From Octopus sinensis (lineage: Eukaryota): a stretch of 64,000 nt of DNA. Positions 50,962-64,000 of the stretch are shown here, piece after piece. Positions within the stretch are counted from its first letter, which is position 1, and every line of letters begins with the position of its first letter. The translations under genes were made by a program, and so were the position numbers. The notes beneath the pieces are model-generated. The model made no database searches. It had not been told where the DNA came from and saw only the letters and a list, made by a program, of their open reading frames with translations. The stretch covers positions 127,658,001 through 127,722,000 of the forward strand of contig NC_043000.1 of the NCBI RefSeq assembly GCF_006345805.1, given 5' to 3'.

Positions 50962-50991
50962 CACGCACGCACACACGCACGCGCACACACA

Positions 50992-51043
<52 letters not shown>

Positions 51044-52881
51044 CACACACGCGTATATTTTATTGCTGGAAAAACAGTGACACCCCATTACGATTTGCGA
51101 ATGCAGTTAACAGTTTTCCAGTTCTTTGTTGATTAAAACAATTCCCTTCTGAGATACTACAATAAATTGATGCTTTACCCACTGACGATAACTACGTCGT
51201 TGAATATTTCGTAGACTAACTTGAAATCACTTATTACTGATTTGAATTCAGAAAGAAAAAAAAACCATAGGCGTAAGTATTGCTGTGTGGTTAACAAGCC
51301 CACTTTGCAATCATGTATTGCGACATCATGTCAGATAGGTGTCTTCTAGTATAGCCTTGGCCAACCATTGCTTTATGATTGAATTTGGTAAACAGAAACT
51401 GCGTGGATGTCCGTCGTATATGTGTGTGGTTTTGTGTCTATACTTGTCTCCCACCGATTGACGACTAGTGTTGGTTTGTTTATGACCTAATAACTTAGCG
51501 GTTCGACCAATAGAATAATTAGTAGATTAAAAAATAAATGTAAGTACAGGAGTCTATTTGTTCAACTAAAGCCATTGAAGGCCATGGTCCAGCATGGCCG
51601 TAGGCCAATGACTGAAACGTTTAAAAGAAGATAAAAAAAGATGAAAGAAGATCGTTATCTCTGGTAATTGCTAAGAATCGAGTATAAGTAAGTACATGTT
51701 CTCATAGTGTAAAGTTTGCCGCTGACACACATATCAACAAAGCCAACTGTGCTGTATTTACTACATCAGTGATTCTAAAGCTGCTTGTTCCAGGCATAAT
51801 TGGATATTGTCAGCCATGTCATTTTACTGCCAGAAAATGTCCTCCATGTTAAACTGACGTTCTGGAATTAAAATCCGTGAGGTAGCAACTATAGACGCAT
51901 TAACAAATTCTCTTTTGATGTGTGGTTTCACTTTTATTTTGCAATTAGCTCACACATTTCGTAACTTGCCTGCATTACGGAACTATTTTCTTATGTCGTT
52001 TGAAAATAGATTGCTGTTCACATAAAGATTCTTTTGAAAATGCTAGTGTTTTTTTTTTTCCTTTTTAAACGCAATTCCTTTAAGTTTATCTAAACGCAGT
52101 TTCTTTGTGTTTTTCATACTCCTTATGTTTTGTCAAATAGTAGAATTCGATAATGTGTTACAAGCTGCAACCGAATCGAAACAAATAAGACATACAATTT
52201 CCATTTACTTCTTGAAAAAATAATTATCCGTCCATTTCACTCAGAAGAAAGAAACAATTGCCAGTAAGTATTTTTTTGTCATTTTGTCATTACCATACGT
52301 TACAGAAGATGATAGTGGTGGTGGATTACCGTTTTCTGCAGTTAATAATATTGATCTCAAATTTTGGTACAAGGCCAGCAATTTCAGGGAAGGGGTGAAT
52401 CGATTACATCAACCCCAGTGTTCAACTGGTACTTATTTTATCGACCTTCAAAAGATGAAAGGCAAAGTTGACCTCGGCGGAATTTGAACTCAGAACGTAA
52501 AGGAGAAAAAAAAGGTGAAGAAATTAAGGCGGTAAATTGTCAGAGTTGTTAGATCGTTGGATAAGTATGTCTCGCAGTATTGGTTCCCACTCCCTGAATA
52601 ATTGTGTTGGAATCTTACCAAACTCAACTTTGCTTTTCATCTTTTCGGGGTAGTTAAAAAGTACCAATCGAAGGTGATGTTTTGTTGGAACTGGTAGAAC
52701 ATCGAACAAGATGTCTTGTGGTATTTCTTCTGTCTCTTTGTGTTCTGACCACAATGTCTGCAAGGTCACTTAGTGCCAAGCTACATGGGTCCTGAAGCAA
52801 CAGGGGTTTCTTTTAGACAGTATCGATGGCGAAGAAAGGGAAAACTTGCATGCATGGGCACCAATCATCTATCTCTAGATA

Positions 52882-53777
52882 TATTTGGTCATCTCATAAA
52901 TAATGCGGTTTTTTCAATTGAATGAATTAAAAGTTTGAGGGAGAAGGAATAAACTACCTGCATCAACTTGCTATAAAAACAGGTAATAATTTTACCTTGT
53001 CCTTATTCTTAGTGCAAGTTTTGAAGAATGCAGTTCGATTTTAACAGTTATTTTTTCAAAGCTATAATAGGAGTGACAAAGGAGTATATTCGTCATATTT
53101 TGCTTTATGAGTTCAATAAAGGTAACAACAGAACAGAAAGTGCGAGGAATATCGAATGCAGTATATGGGGATTAGACAATAAGCGTATGCCACTGTCAAC
53201 GGTAGTTCAAGAAATTCCGAGCCGGAAAGTACAGTCTAGGAGACGAGCCTCGTCCTGGAAGATGTGTAGAGCTCGACGAGGACATCCTGCAAACTCTGAT
53301 GGAAGAAAATCCCATCGTAACTGGTGAGGAACTAGCAGAGAAGTTTGGATTTAGTCATTCAACCATTCATCGACACCAGCGTGCCATCGGAAAATGACCA
53401 TCTTAGGTTTCAAGATGAAAGGTATTCTTCCACAGGATAATGCTCGGCCACATACAGCGAGGATGACATTCCAAAGGCTGGAACAATTTGAATGAGAAAC
53501 GATGCCCCACCCACCATATTCGCCGGACATTGCCCCATCTGATTATCATTTATTCCGCTGTCTTCAAAATCATTTGGACGGAAAAATATGAATTCTGTTG
53601 ACAAGATTAGAACAGTATTGGAGGAGTATTTGTCCTCGCGGTCTAGTGAATTTTTGGAAGAGCATTGTAGAAAATGAAGGAAAGTATATTTTAGATTAAA
53701 AAAGAACTTTGTTTATCTTAATTTTTAATAATAAAAGAAGTATTAAAAACCCGCATTATTTATGGGATGACCCAATA
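52882..53777 (+). mobile_element. Internally deleted mariner (DD34D-type) element with both TIRs
   Basis: TIR tatttggtcatctcataaataatgcgg / ccgcattatttatgggatgacccaata with TA flanks. Transposase remnants IRHILLYEF, LEDEPRPGR, QDNARPHTA and PHPPYSPDIAPSDYHLF. Confidence 0.92.
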
Positions 53778-53807
53778 TATTCGTATATATGTACATACAT
53801 ACGCATG

Positions 53808-53839
<32 letters not shown>

Positions 53840-54487
53840 TGTATGTATGTATGTATGTATGTATGTATGTACGTATGTTTGCTTCTGTCTGTGTTTATGC
53901 TTGTCTTTGCGTTTGTCACTGGTTGGTAAAAAAACAATGTATGTGCTTGTCTCGTTACCCAGTAGCAAGATAAATAGGTATTGCACACAAGCTTGCGTGC
54001 GCACTTACGTTTCTACACACACACACAAATTTCTCTCACGAATATTGTAGACCAACTGATCGATTCAATTCGGTCAATGTATTAAGATCTCTATTTTTAT
54101 CGAACTTCGAAGGAACTGAAAAAAAAAAAACTCGCTAACTTCAGTGGTATTTTAATTTAAAAAAAAACATTAAATAAGTACTACCCGAATTTATTAATTA
54201 ATTCAGTGTTAATACAGTGACAAATCCATGTTTTCCCAACTGTGTTTAAAGAAATTTGTATCGCTATATGTCCACAGCAGAATAGACGACAAGTTTGAGT
54301 CAATGAATGAGTCTCCTTACGCTCGCTAAATCTACTCTATCCCAAAACTCCAATCATCTTTAAAACAAAGGATACATTAAATAATGTCTTCAATATACCA
54401 ATTGAAGGATGATGATGGCTGTAATGTCTTTGTTCATAGTTTTGGTCTCAATCTCAAGGGCGGCCTTGCGTAACATCAACAGCAGCA

Positions 54488-54917
54488 GTGGAGGCGCAAT
54501 GACCCAGTGGTTAGGGCAGCGGACTCGCGGTCGGAGGATCGCGGTTTCGATTCCCAGACCGGGCGTTGTGTGTGTTTATTGAGCGAAAACACCTAAAGCT
54601 CCACGGGGCTCCGGCAGGGGGTGGTGGCGACCCCTGTTGTACTCTTTCGCTCCAACTTTCTCACACTCTTTCTTCCTGTTTCTTGTTTCCGACTTCCTAC
54701 GCAACCGCTGAGCTTGGACGCGCATTCATCCATCCGTCGTTGCTCTTGGTGTCGGGGGTTGACCTGCTTTCTCTTCTGCGGGTCTTACGAATAGCAAAGG
54801 ACCACGTTTCGGACTTCTCCCACTACAGACAATCCAGAGGCGCGATCTTGCGAGCTCGGGGACGAAGACTGCTTCGCTCAACAAACAAACAACAAACAAA
54901 CAAACAGACCGATTCGC
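54488..54917 (+). mobile_element. SINE with family C head and body but a different 3' module; 12-bp TSD-like flanks
   Basis: Head as at 50656-50961, diverging after ctctttcttcctgtttcttg. Tail ...gactgcttcgctcaac(aaac)n. tcaacagcagca at 54476-87 and 54918-29. Confidence 0.8.
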
Positions 54918-55224
54918 TCAACAGCAGCAACATCGACCGCGAGCTCGACAACAGTAAGGCAATACGCTGCGAAATAAATCCTTGAATGTTTTGGCGGCAA
55001 AATGATCCATCATCAGCAGATTTGTTAATGTTACTTAGAGAAGTGTGCAACAATATCCGTTTTAGTATTGGTTTGGTTCTGGTTTGCAGGACATGCAACG
55101 TTTTAATGCCTTGCTCGACTGCATGAGCAAACGGCAGAACGAGTCACTATCCATATATATATATATATAATAATCAATATATTGTTCGCTGCATTTCTCA
55201 CACATACATGTATACACAGACACT

Positions 55225-55282
<58 letters not shown>

Positions 55283-55626
55283 TAGAAATAGATAGATATA
55301 ACTGGATATGTATGTTTATGTGTTTATCAGTGTATCACTATATCGACCAAACTATCGGATGTTATACACCCCTAGTCACAGTGCGCCTTTGCATTGTTGT
55401 GGCTTTTGAATGGTGTCACCGCGCTGTCTAGGCGAGCAGGCCGATGTTCGCCGCTCTAAACGGAACGTAAGTCTGTTGTAGGTTTGACCATTTACAGCTA
55501 AGTGTTTATACACACACAAACACGTTTATATATACATGCATGCATACATACATACTTATACACACACGCGAGCGCGCGCGCACACACACACACGTTTATA
55601 TATACATGCATGCATACATACATACT

Positions 55627-55665
<39 letters not shown>

Positions 55666-56669
55666 CTTGCAGGAAGCACCAACACGCCGTTGTGAATGCA
55701 GTGTGAGCCACTTAAGAGTATTACTTGAGTAATAGAAAAAAATATATATATGGAAACCACACCACGAAGTATTTCCTATCTAACATACTGTTTTCATAGC
55801 TAGATGCATACGTGAAGTTATGTCGGCGGTCTGTAGGCGTTTGTGTGTAACGGAAACATATGGCTGCTTTATATATTATGCACTAAACATCCTTGAGTGG
55901 ACCTATTTTTTGTGATATTTCTACTCTTCCTTTTCCTCTTTCGCGGAGGGTGGAGTCTTTTCTGTTTCTTCTTCAAGAAATATTACTTCTCTACTAGTTT
56001 AGTACTACGCCTTCTCCACCAACACACTTATCGCTACCACTACTATCATTTGTCGCCATTTCTCAATTGTGCTTATGACTACAGCTATCACTGATGTCAT
56101 CATCAACCATCAACACCCTCTGTAGTTTATTTATTGTGTCATTTGTCGCTCACGTGGATGTCAAAGGAGTAAAATTCTTGCATAGTTTGGTTAAAATACA
56201 AACGTTCACCGATGTTTCCTACCACGTGTCCATTCTTAAACACACACATACTACGGGACTTGTGCATTCTCCTTCTTGCTTTTGTTCCTTTTCTTTTTTC
56301 GCTATTCGACGGCATATTGGATATTTAACGCCAAGACGTGTTGCATCAGCCAGCTATGAGTCATTCTTTCACACATAGATAAACCACCAAGGCGTTGAAA
56401 ATACGACGCCTGCTCTTTTAACCTTTCTAACATTACACGCGAGGAACTGAGAAATACCCCACTCTCATTTTAAAATGATTTACCAGATAAAAAGTTGTCG
56501 TTGAACGAAACTAGTTTACAAAATATTTTTAGACACGATTTCATTGCACCATATTCAACATCGTTAAACGCTAGTTGCTATTTTTTTTTTGACATCTTTT
56601 TTTAAGAGAACATATAGACTGCATTATTTTAATATTATCTTAATACCGTGTGAGTTTTAATTACGGCTC

Positions 56670-57215
56670 CCTACGTCCTGAGTTCAAATGCCACCGTGGT
56701 CAACTTTGCTTTTCATCTTGAGCTTGATAAAATAAAGTACAAGTCAAGTACGAGAATCGATGCTATGGACTAAACCCTTCTCTAAAAATTGTTGGCCTTG
56801 TAAAAATTTGAAACAGTTATTTTAATATTATTATTTTGAAGCCTCAAGTAGCCGAGCTGGTACGTTGGCGGCATTTCGTCAGTCTTTACGGCCTTTGCCT
56901 TTCATCTTTTTGGTGTCGATGAAACAAGTACCAGTTGAAAACTGGGATCGATGTGATCGAGTTACCCCTCCCCCAACATTGCTGGCCTTGTGCCATAATT
57001 TGAAAACATTATTTTGAAGCCTCAGGACGGCGAGCTGGTAGAACCGTTAGCATGCTGGACGAAATGCTAACCCGTCTTTACGTACTCTGTTCAAATTCCG
57101 CCGAGATCAACTTTGCCTTTCATTCTTCCGGGGGCAATAAAATAAATACCAGTTAAGTACTAGGGTAGATTTAATCAACTAGCCCCACTCCTCAAAATAT
57201 CAGGCCTTTGGCCTA
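56670..57215 (+). mobile_element. Three diverged SINE family B copies
   Basis: Family B motifs at ~56680, ~56870 and ~57030. Confidence 0.75.
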
Positions 57216-59153
57216 TAGTAAGTAGAAAGAATGAGTTTGAAGCTAGTGCAAAACGTGAGGCCATAAGTCGAAGCTTGTTCAGTTCATGTCTTAACTCTCA
57301 GCACTGCTTGTGTCTTTGTTAATAATCGTTGTTTAAATATTATTATTTTTGTAATTTTAAAAAGTTGCTTTAAAAGTCAGTACAGTGTAAACTGTTGCTA
57401 TCGTATCGCCGCAGGTCAATCTAAATTGAATATACTCACACCATATAAGCAGACGGCTGCTGAACGACTATGGGCTATTCACAGATGTACGTTTCCGGAT
57501 ATACTACAATACTTCCATCAGTTAAGGACCTTACTGTACATTCTGCTATTCATTGTATGAGGTGTAGTGTTACTGCCCGAGGGACATGTGTAAATTCTCT
57601 ACGCTTTTCTTTCTCACATTAGAGCTTTAATATCTAACACAATCATCTGAATCGATCTCACTTATAAGGAAAAGTCATGGGTGTTCATATAGCATGAATT
57701 AAACTCGGTGAACTTTCTGTAAACCGAACTGGTTACAGAAAGCAAATCTAATTCAGCATTCTACTAATTCGTCCAAATTTAATGAGCAAATTTGATAAAG
57801 CTAAACAAACTACAGGTAGATTATCATTTTTTGGCAAGAGATTGTTGAATAAGCGTACATGTGTGTGCACGTTTGTTTTGGAAGATAAGAATGACTCCCG
57901 CCACTATTACTACGGAACTGGGATTGGTACAATAATGATTTCTAACTTTGGCTGACAGCCATACATTTTGGAGAAGGAAAGGGGGGTAGACGTGATTGAA
58001 TCGCATCTAAGAATAATACTGTTGCTTGTTTTATTTACCCTCGAGTGTTGAAACGTAAAGTTGATCCGGTTGGGTTTGAACTCAGAACGTAGAGGCATGT
58101 GACTGCAAGTAATTTTGTCCAGTGTGCTACCAGTTCAGCTACCTGCAGCCATTTTGATAGAGGGGCAACTTGCGGGGGTAGGGACAATACGAATTGTTCA
58201 ATGTAATAATGTTTGTTGCAGGGTTTGGAGCTAAGACTTATTAGTCTGGTATCTTAATTATTCAGCTGCTGCCATGGTTACATAACATGTGCTCGGTGTT
58301 TATGTTATTAAAGCTAATTTATAGACTAAAGACGTTTTGTGCATATAATTAGAAATTAGCATTTCAACAGGTTTTCCATCACAAATTCATAATGAAAACA
58401 AGCAGTGAGTCATTACATGTGGTCAGTTGACGTGCTAAAAATAGTAGCTAAATTTCCCTCATATTCTACCTTATCTTAAAAAGAAACACAGATTAGATAA
58501 TGGTGTTCTAGAAACAATAACTCTGAATACAGTATGAGGTGACCACGTCTGGAACACCTTTGATCATATGTTTATTTAATCAAGGCTTGCACCTGAACAA
58601 AAACAATACACCCAGGGAAATATCTCAGGGAAAATACAATATTCTTCTATGTAAGATCACTAACAATATTAATATTTTAATTATTATGTACTAGTTGCGT
58701 ACTGGGATCGATCTAATCGACTGACACCCTCTTCAAAAAATTCGGACCTTCTGCCTAGAGTAGAAAAGAATATTAATATTTTAATAGTGAACCAGATTTC
58801 ATCTCACTGATTTTCCTCGACGACTGCATGATACATGCTTTCATAATTTTGATACCAAAATATTTACAATAATGTTCAAGTTCCCGCTATCCAAACTGAA
58901 GGTAAAAGAGTTGTGTTTTCTTGAAGCTCATAAATTGGTTCAATCATAAGATTAATTGAAATATTTGGTATCTCTTAGTTCTGATACAACCAAATTGTTG
59001 GGATGTCTGCTTCTTCATTGAGAGGCCTACGGTCATATTCTGCCATCAGAGCAAAGCATGTTACCGGAAGAGCTATAAATTAGCTCCAAATGGAAATATA
59101 CAGCTGTTGGTAATGTGAGCACCGTCTAACTGTCAAACGTTAAATACACTTAC

Positions 59154-59245
59154 CCAGCAGTCTTGTTATTCTATCAAGGCAAAATATCTGTTCTAATAGT
59201 GTCCTAATAATGAAGATGTTTCTTAGCTGCTCAACACGTGAAAAT
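59154..59245 (-). CDS. Candidate internal exon (unidentified)
   Basis: Strong donor TGG|GTAAGT and open frame FSRVEQLRNIFIIRTLLEQIFCLDRITRLL; the acceptor is weak. Confidence 0.2.
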
Positions 59246-60842
59246 CTGGTGCTGAAGTATACCCCATCTCACTACTCAAGGGATACTTTGTGAATGCGAT
59301 GATAGACACAATAAACTTGTTACCCTGCAGCGTAGCCTTGCTTATTAATTAAGCAATATCAATAAATAATACTACGTTGTGTGATAGAAAAGTAGACTTC
59401 ACAACCACGTGCTCTCAGGATTCATCTCACTGTGTGGCACTTGGGAAAAGTCTGCTTCAAAAGTTAGGGTTAACCAAACTGTTGTGAGCGAAATACAGTG
59501 ACCAGAAATTTGAAGACAATAGCATAAATAAAGTAAACCTGAATCAAATGAGAGCCGACTAGCAAACCTAGCTTTTCAGGAGGTTGCGTGGTGCTTAATT
59601 TCCCCCTTGCTGCTTTCATTTCGTTAAGCCTTTTCTTATGTTAGAAACGTAGCAAAGGAATGGGTCACTGCTTGGTCACTAAGCTTGCTAGAAATAACAA
59701 CCAAATGTCCCTCAAGCTAAATTCAAATGTCTTAAAAAAAGAAACACATATCACAATGTAGTCCAGAATATTGTAGAAAGAAAAAAGAAGAGAGGATAGT
59801 GAAAGGTGGAAACCCTTTGATCATAGGTTTGCTGGATCATACCGGAACTAGAGTTAAACAAAATGAACAAGAAGAAAACTACAGCAACAACAACAGCAGC
59901 AGCAGCAGCCGTTCAAGAATTTGGACTTGGAGATCTCCATTTCCAGCGACTTCGAGGGCCACCTCCCAGTGGTGTCGGGCGTCAACGAAGAGCACTCGAC
60001 TACAACAAGACGACTAAAGTTTTCTTTTTCCAAGGTCTGGGGTCTCCCGCCCCTAAGCCCTAGAACTTCACCTAATCACCCTTACCCGTCTTGTTGCTTA
60101 ACAACAACAACAACGGCAGCAGTAAGAGGAAGGAGAATAAAGATAAAAAGTAGTGGAGGAGGAAGAAGAAGGGGAACGGGAGGAATAGAAGGAGGGGAGG
60201 AGGAGCATCAGAAAAAAACAAAGAAAATGATGAAGAAAGAGAAGAAAAGAAAAAGAAGCTCTATCACCACCACCACCACCACTACCATCACCAACTTAGT
60301 CTGATAGCTCTCAATTCTTTCTTTACCTGCCTGACATATAATTTCTACGTGTTGTTGATACAAGAGCCACCTGACATATCGCTGACATGGGAAATGAGAA
60401 ATAGTAAAACAAGAGGGGGAAAAAAAAGCAGAGAAAAACCAATTGACATAAGAGAGGAAATATGAAAGAATCTTATAAAAATGTTTCAAGACAAGAGCAG
60501 CCATATCTATGGCATTCTTTACATATTTAGTTCTTGTTATGCCATACTTTGCATAGTTACACTATTGACAAAATTATTTCCTCCTCTTTTGTCACGAATG
60601 TCGTCTCAGACACGTTCGCACGCTTATAATGATATATATATACATAAATATACACCCATATGTATGTATGTACGTATGTATATGCCACTTACAAAAACAT
60701 ATATGCATATCTATTAATATATGTGTTTATATATAGATACACACATATATACACACATCACACATATACACCCGCGCACAAATACATACAGCGTATATAT
60801 GTATATATATGTGCATGTGCTTATTTCTCTCTCTCTCTCTCC

Positions 60843-60885
<43 letters not shown>

Positions 60886-61711
60886 AAGAACAAACTTACT
60901 TAGAAATAGATGCGTGCGTTCCATCATATAATAATAAATTAATAAATAAAACATATGCATATATACATACATATATGTACTACCTACATCTACATGAAAA
61001 AAAACGTCGAACACAATGAGAAACGAAAACATAAACACAAAACCAAGGAAATGGACATTTTTCTCAAACAACGAAAAAATAGAGTACAGAACATACAACA
61101 CACGGAAAATTCCCCTTCTTCAGTCGCCTCTGTTTCATCTACTCCTCGTTTCGAAGGTTAAGGCGAGACACGACTTCGGTGAAACATTCCTTCCCGCAAA
61201 AAGCAAATTAAATAAAATTTGAGATTTTTTTGTGGAGGGGTAAAAATGGTAACAAAAGCAGGACAGTAAAGACAGTACGAATTATAAACAGTAAAAGACA
61301 GGGCAAGGAGAATAACAGTAACACAGACAATGAGGGCTGTTAAGCCAAACGAAAGAAAATATTACGAACGCTTGTTGAAAACGGCAGAGAGAGACACAGG
61401 AAAGCTATCTACACTCGAGGGAAGCGAAGTCAGAAAGACAGTAGTTTTCTCGTCGCTGTTCAACGACGGGACAGAGGAGGAGTAAGAGAGAGGGGGGAGG
61501 GAATGGTTGTAGAGAAAACCAGAAAGAATGAAAAATGAGAGAGGGAGAGAGAGGGAGAGACAGTAAGGTAGAAGAAAGAATGAAGGCTGAGAAAGGGAGG
61601 GGGACAGAAAGGTTAAAAGTGCGCATCATTATTAATATTAAGAACAAACTTACTTAGAAATGGATGCGTACGTTCCGTCATATAATAACAAATTAATAAA
61701 TAAAACATATG
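60886..61711 (-). mobile_element. Diverged subfamily copy of the hammerhead-bearing repeat (~754-bp unit with ~75-bp terminal direct repeat)
   Basis: aacaaacttacttagaaat...aataaataaaacatatg appears at ~60888-60957 and ~61642-61711. The interior is collinear with the 30.3-31.1 kb unit. Confidence 0.75.
61110..61187 (-). ncRNA. Putative permuted hammerhead ribozyme, copy 4 (diverged)
   Basis: Minus strand: UGUC, UCGCCUU, CCUUC-GAAA-CG, GAGGCGA-CUGAAGA-AGGGG. Helix I is 7 bp, with a compensatory change relative to copies 1-3. Confidence 0.65.
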
Positions 61712-61893
61712 AGAAGGGAGTCGGTTTCTAATAAAGATACAAGGCTCCATCTTTGGGAAGTAGTTAACATAGCCAAATTCACATTTGGAACTTGAGAAAA
61801 GTCTTGCATATTTTTACTGTTCCACTCTCAGATTGCTGTATGTATGTATGTATGTATGTATGTATGTATGTATTAATGCATGTACACGCATAC

Positions 61894-61999
<106 letters not shown>

Positions 62000-62346
62000 C
62001 GGCTCAAAATTGTACAAAAGACAAAGATACAAAATCATGGTCAGGTGAGAGAAAAACATGCAAGGTGTATTAGTTTGACACTCAGGAGAAATGTAAGACA
62101 TCTTTGATGTTTCCAACATATGCTCTTCTACAGAAAGGGATGAGTAGAGAAAACAGATGGAGAGAGTGAACAAAAAAAACAAAAAACGGAGAGACAAAAA
62201 AACATGTCTGGATTAACGGTTGCACCTACCTACTTACTTATTTACCTACCAACTTACCTACCTACATGCATACATACATACATACATACATACATACATA
62301 CATACATACATACATACATACATACATAATATATACATAAATATAT

Positions 62347-62774
62347 AGGCGAAGGGGTAGCTGTGTGGTAAACAGCTTGCTTACCAACCACATGGTTCCG
62401 GGTTCAATCCCACTGCGTGGCACCTTGGGCAACTGTCTTCTACAATAGCCTCGGGCCGACCAAAACCTTGTGAGTGGATTTGATAGACGGAAACTGAAAA
62501 AAACCCGTCGTATCTATGTATATATATATATATATATATATGTATATTTTTTTTTTTTGTACTTGTTTCAGTCATTTGACTGCGGCCATGCTGGAGCACC
62601 GCCTTTAGAGTGGTGAAAGAGTACAGCAGGGATCACCACCTCCTGCCGGAGCCTCGTGGAGCTTTTAGGTGTTTTTTTCGCTCAATAAACACACACAACG
62701 CCCGGTCTGGGAATCGAAACCGCGATCCTCCGACCGCAAGTCCGCTGCCCTAACCACTAGGCCATTGCGCCTCC

Positions 62775-62825
<51 letters not shown>

Positions 62826-62845
62826 CGTGTGTGTGTGTGTGTGTG

Positions 62846-62876
<31 letters not shown>

Positions 62877-63025
62877 TGTGTGTGTGTCTGTGTTTGTTCC
62901 CCCAACATCGCTTGACAACCGATGCTGGTGAGTTTGGAATAAGTCCTGGGGTCGATTTGCTCGACTAAAGGCGGTACTCCAGCATGGCCGCAGCCAAATG
63001 ACTGAAATAAGTAAAAAAAAAAGTA
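62347..63025. mobile_element. Nested cluster of SINE A halves and a SINE C head in mixed orientation
   Basis: A head (+) 62347-62510, A tail (-) ~62560-62610, C head (-) ~62610-62775, A tail (+) ~62885-63025. Confidence 0.8.
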
Positions 63026-63131
63026 AAAGTAATACATAACCTACATAAATACATACATAACCTACATAAATGCACACACACACACGGAGAGGGAGAGAGT
63101 CTCTATCTTAAGAGTCTGGTTAAGTCTTTAG

Positions 63132-63242
63132 GTACCTTATGGGATACATCACAACTTTGCATCTGGTTTGGTATCACACTATCCTGAATACAAATGATGA
63201 TATGCTCAAGATCGCTAATCCTTCGGGGATCGATCAAAATAC
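63132..63242 (+). CDS. Candidate symmetric internal exon (111 nt, unidentified)
   Basis: tctttag|G...AC|gtaact with open frame YLMGYITTLHLVWYHTILNTNDDMLKIANPSGIDQN. Confidence 0.22.
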
Positions 63243-64000
63243 GTAACTATTTGTCATTAATTTGCTTCCTTACCATCGCCTGTCCAATTAAGATTCCAGT
63301 TATAATTAAAGATAGATGTCTATTCTAAAATTATCTCTGCCAACGGGTGTGTCATCAAATAGGCAGTTCACGTGCACCGCTACCAGAGTGTATTTAGCAA
63401 AAGAAAGTATTCGCTAGAAAGTCTTGTTTACAAACGACCGAGAAATAGACAGCTGTTAAAAATAACCGAGAAATATTCATGCGTACCGTGTGCCATAAAA
63501 ATACGCCGTCTTTTGTTTTCGTTCCAGCGTTGTTTGGTTTGTTTTACCGATGGTCGATTCCTCTCAGATTAGTTCTTGTCAGACTTCTGAATATTCAGGT
63601 GCCAACAAATTAATATAATAAATAGTTTCAATTAAAGTTACGCTTTCTCTCAAAAAGAAATGTAGAAAATGGCATTCCTATATAAGTGTGCCCTCCACTG
63701 ACTTTGTTTCATCATGTCTTTCAGATTAATCGATGTCTTTTCATGAAATCTTTTTATTAATACCTTCCAGACGGTGTAGATTCCAATTATATCGGAATTT
63801 AATCGAAAAAAAGGAAATGAAATGACAAAAAATGGTGAGTGTGCATAGACACACATTACAATTTTCATTTCTTTCATTTTTGCACACACACACACACGTA
63901 CACACATACACACAAACACACATACACAAACATACACACACACACACAAACACACAGAAACACACACACAAACACACACACAAACACACACATACAAACA

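Noticed and set aside
54488-54560. tRNA gene-like sequences at SINE heads (also 24886, 50900, 49200)
   Set aside because: Box A/B are present but there is no complete cloverleaf or acceptor stem; they continue directly into SINE bodies.
55505-55645. ~68-bp local tandem duplication
   Set aside because: Composed of microsatellite-like units; ordinary slippage.

Overview
AT-rich, repeat-saturated animal genomic DNA, most likely from an octopus or other coleoid cephalopod. That assignment is inferred from the SINE families and the very high microsatellite density. The window looks intronic or intergenic: no protein-coding gene can be confidently identified, and only a few weak candidate exons exist. 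Nearly all long ORFs in the track are microsatellite artefacts. Recognisable content: several tRNA-derived SINE families in dozens of copies, decayed LINEs (RTE, CR1/L2-like, Tx1-like and restriction-like-endonuclease types), an internally deleted Gypsy LTR element, mariner/Tc1, hAT, Helitron and MITE remnants, and a possible solo LTR. The most notable observation is a non-coding repeat family at three loci (30.3-31.6 kb as a tandem 860-bp unit, 49.3-49.8 kb and 60.9-61.7 kb). Every copy carries the complete hammerhead ribozyme catalytic core (GUC, GAAA, CUGAAGA), but with the three strands in a non-circularly permuted order, supported by a compensatory change in helix I between diverged copies. 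Also noted: minimal Penelope-type hammerheads with a core variant, a pre-miRNA-like long hairpin, a loop-less 91-bp palindrome, a (GATA)n-associated Tx1-like LINE, and a SINE family that shares its 3' tail. All coordinates were read by eye and are approximate; no database searches were run.
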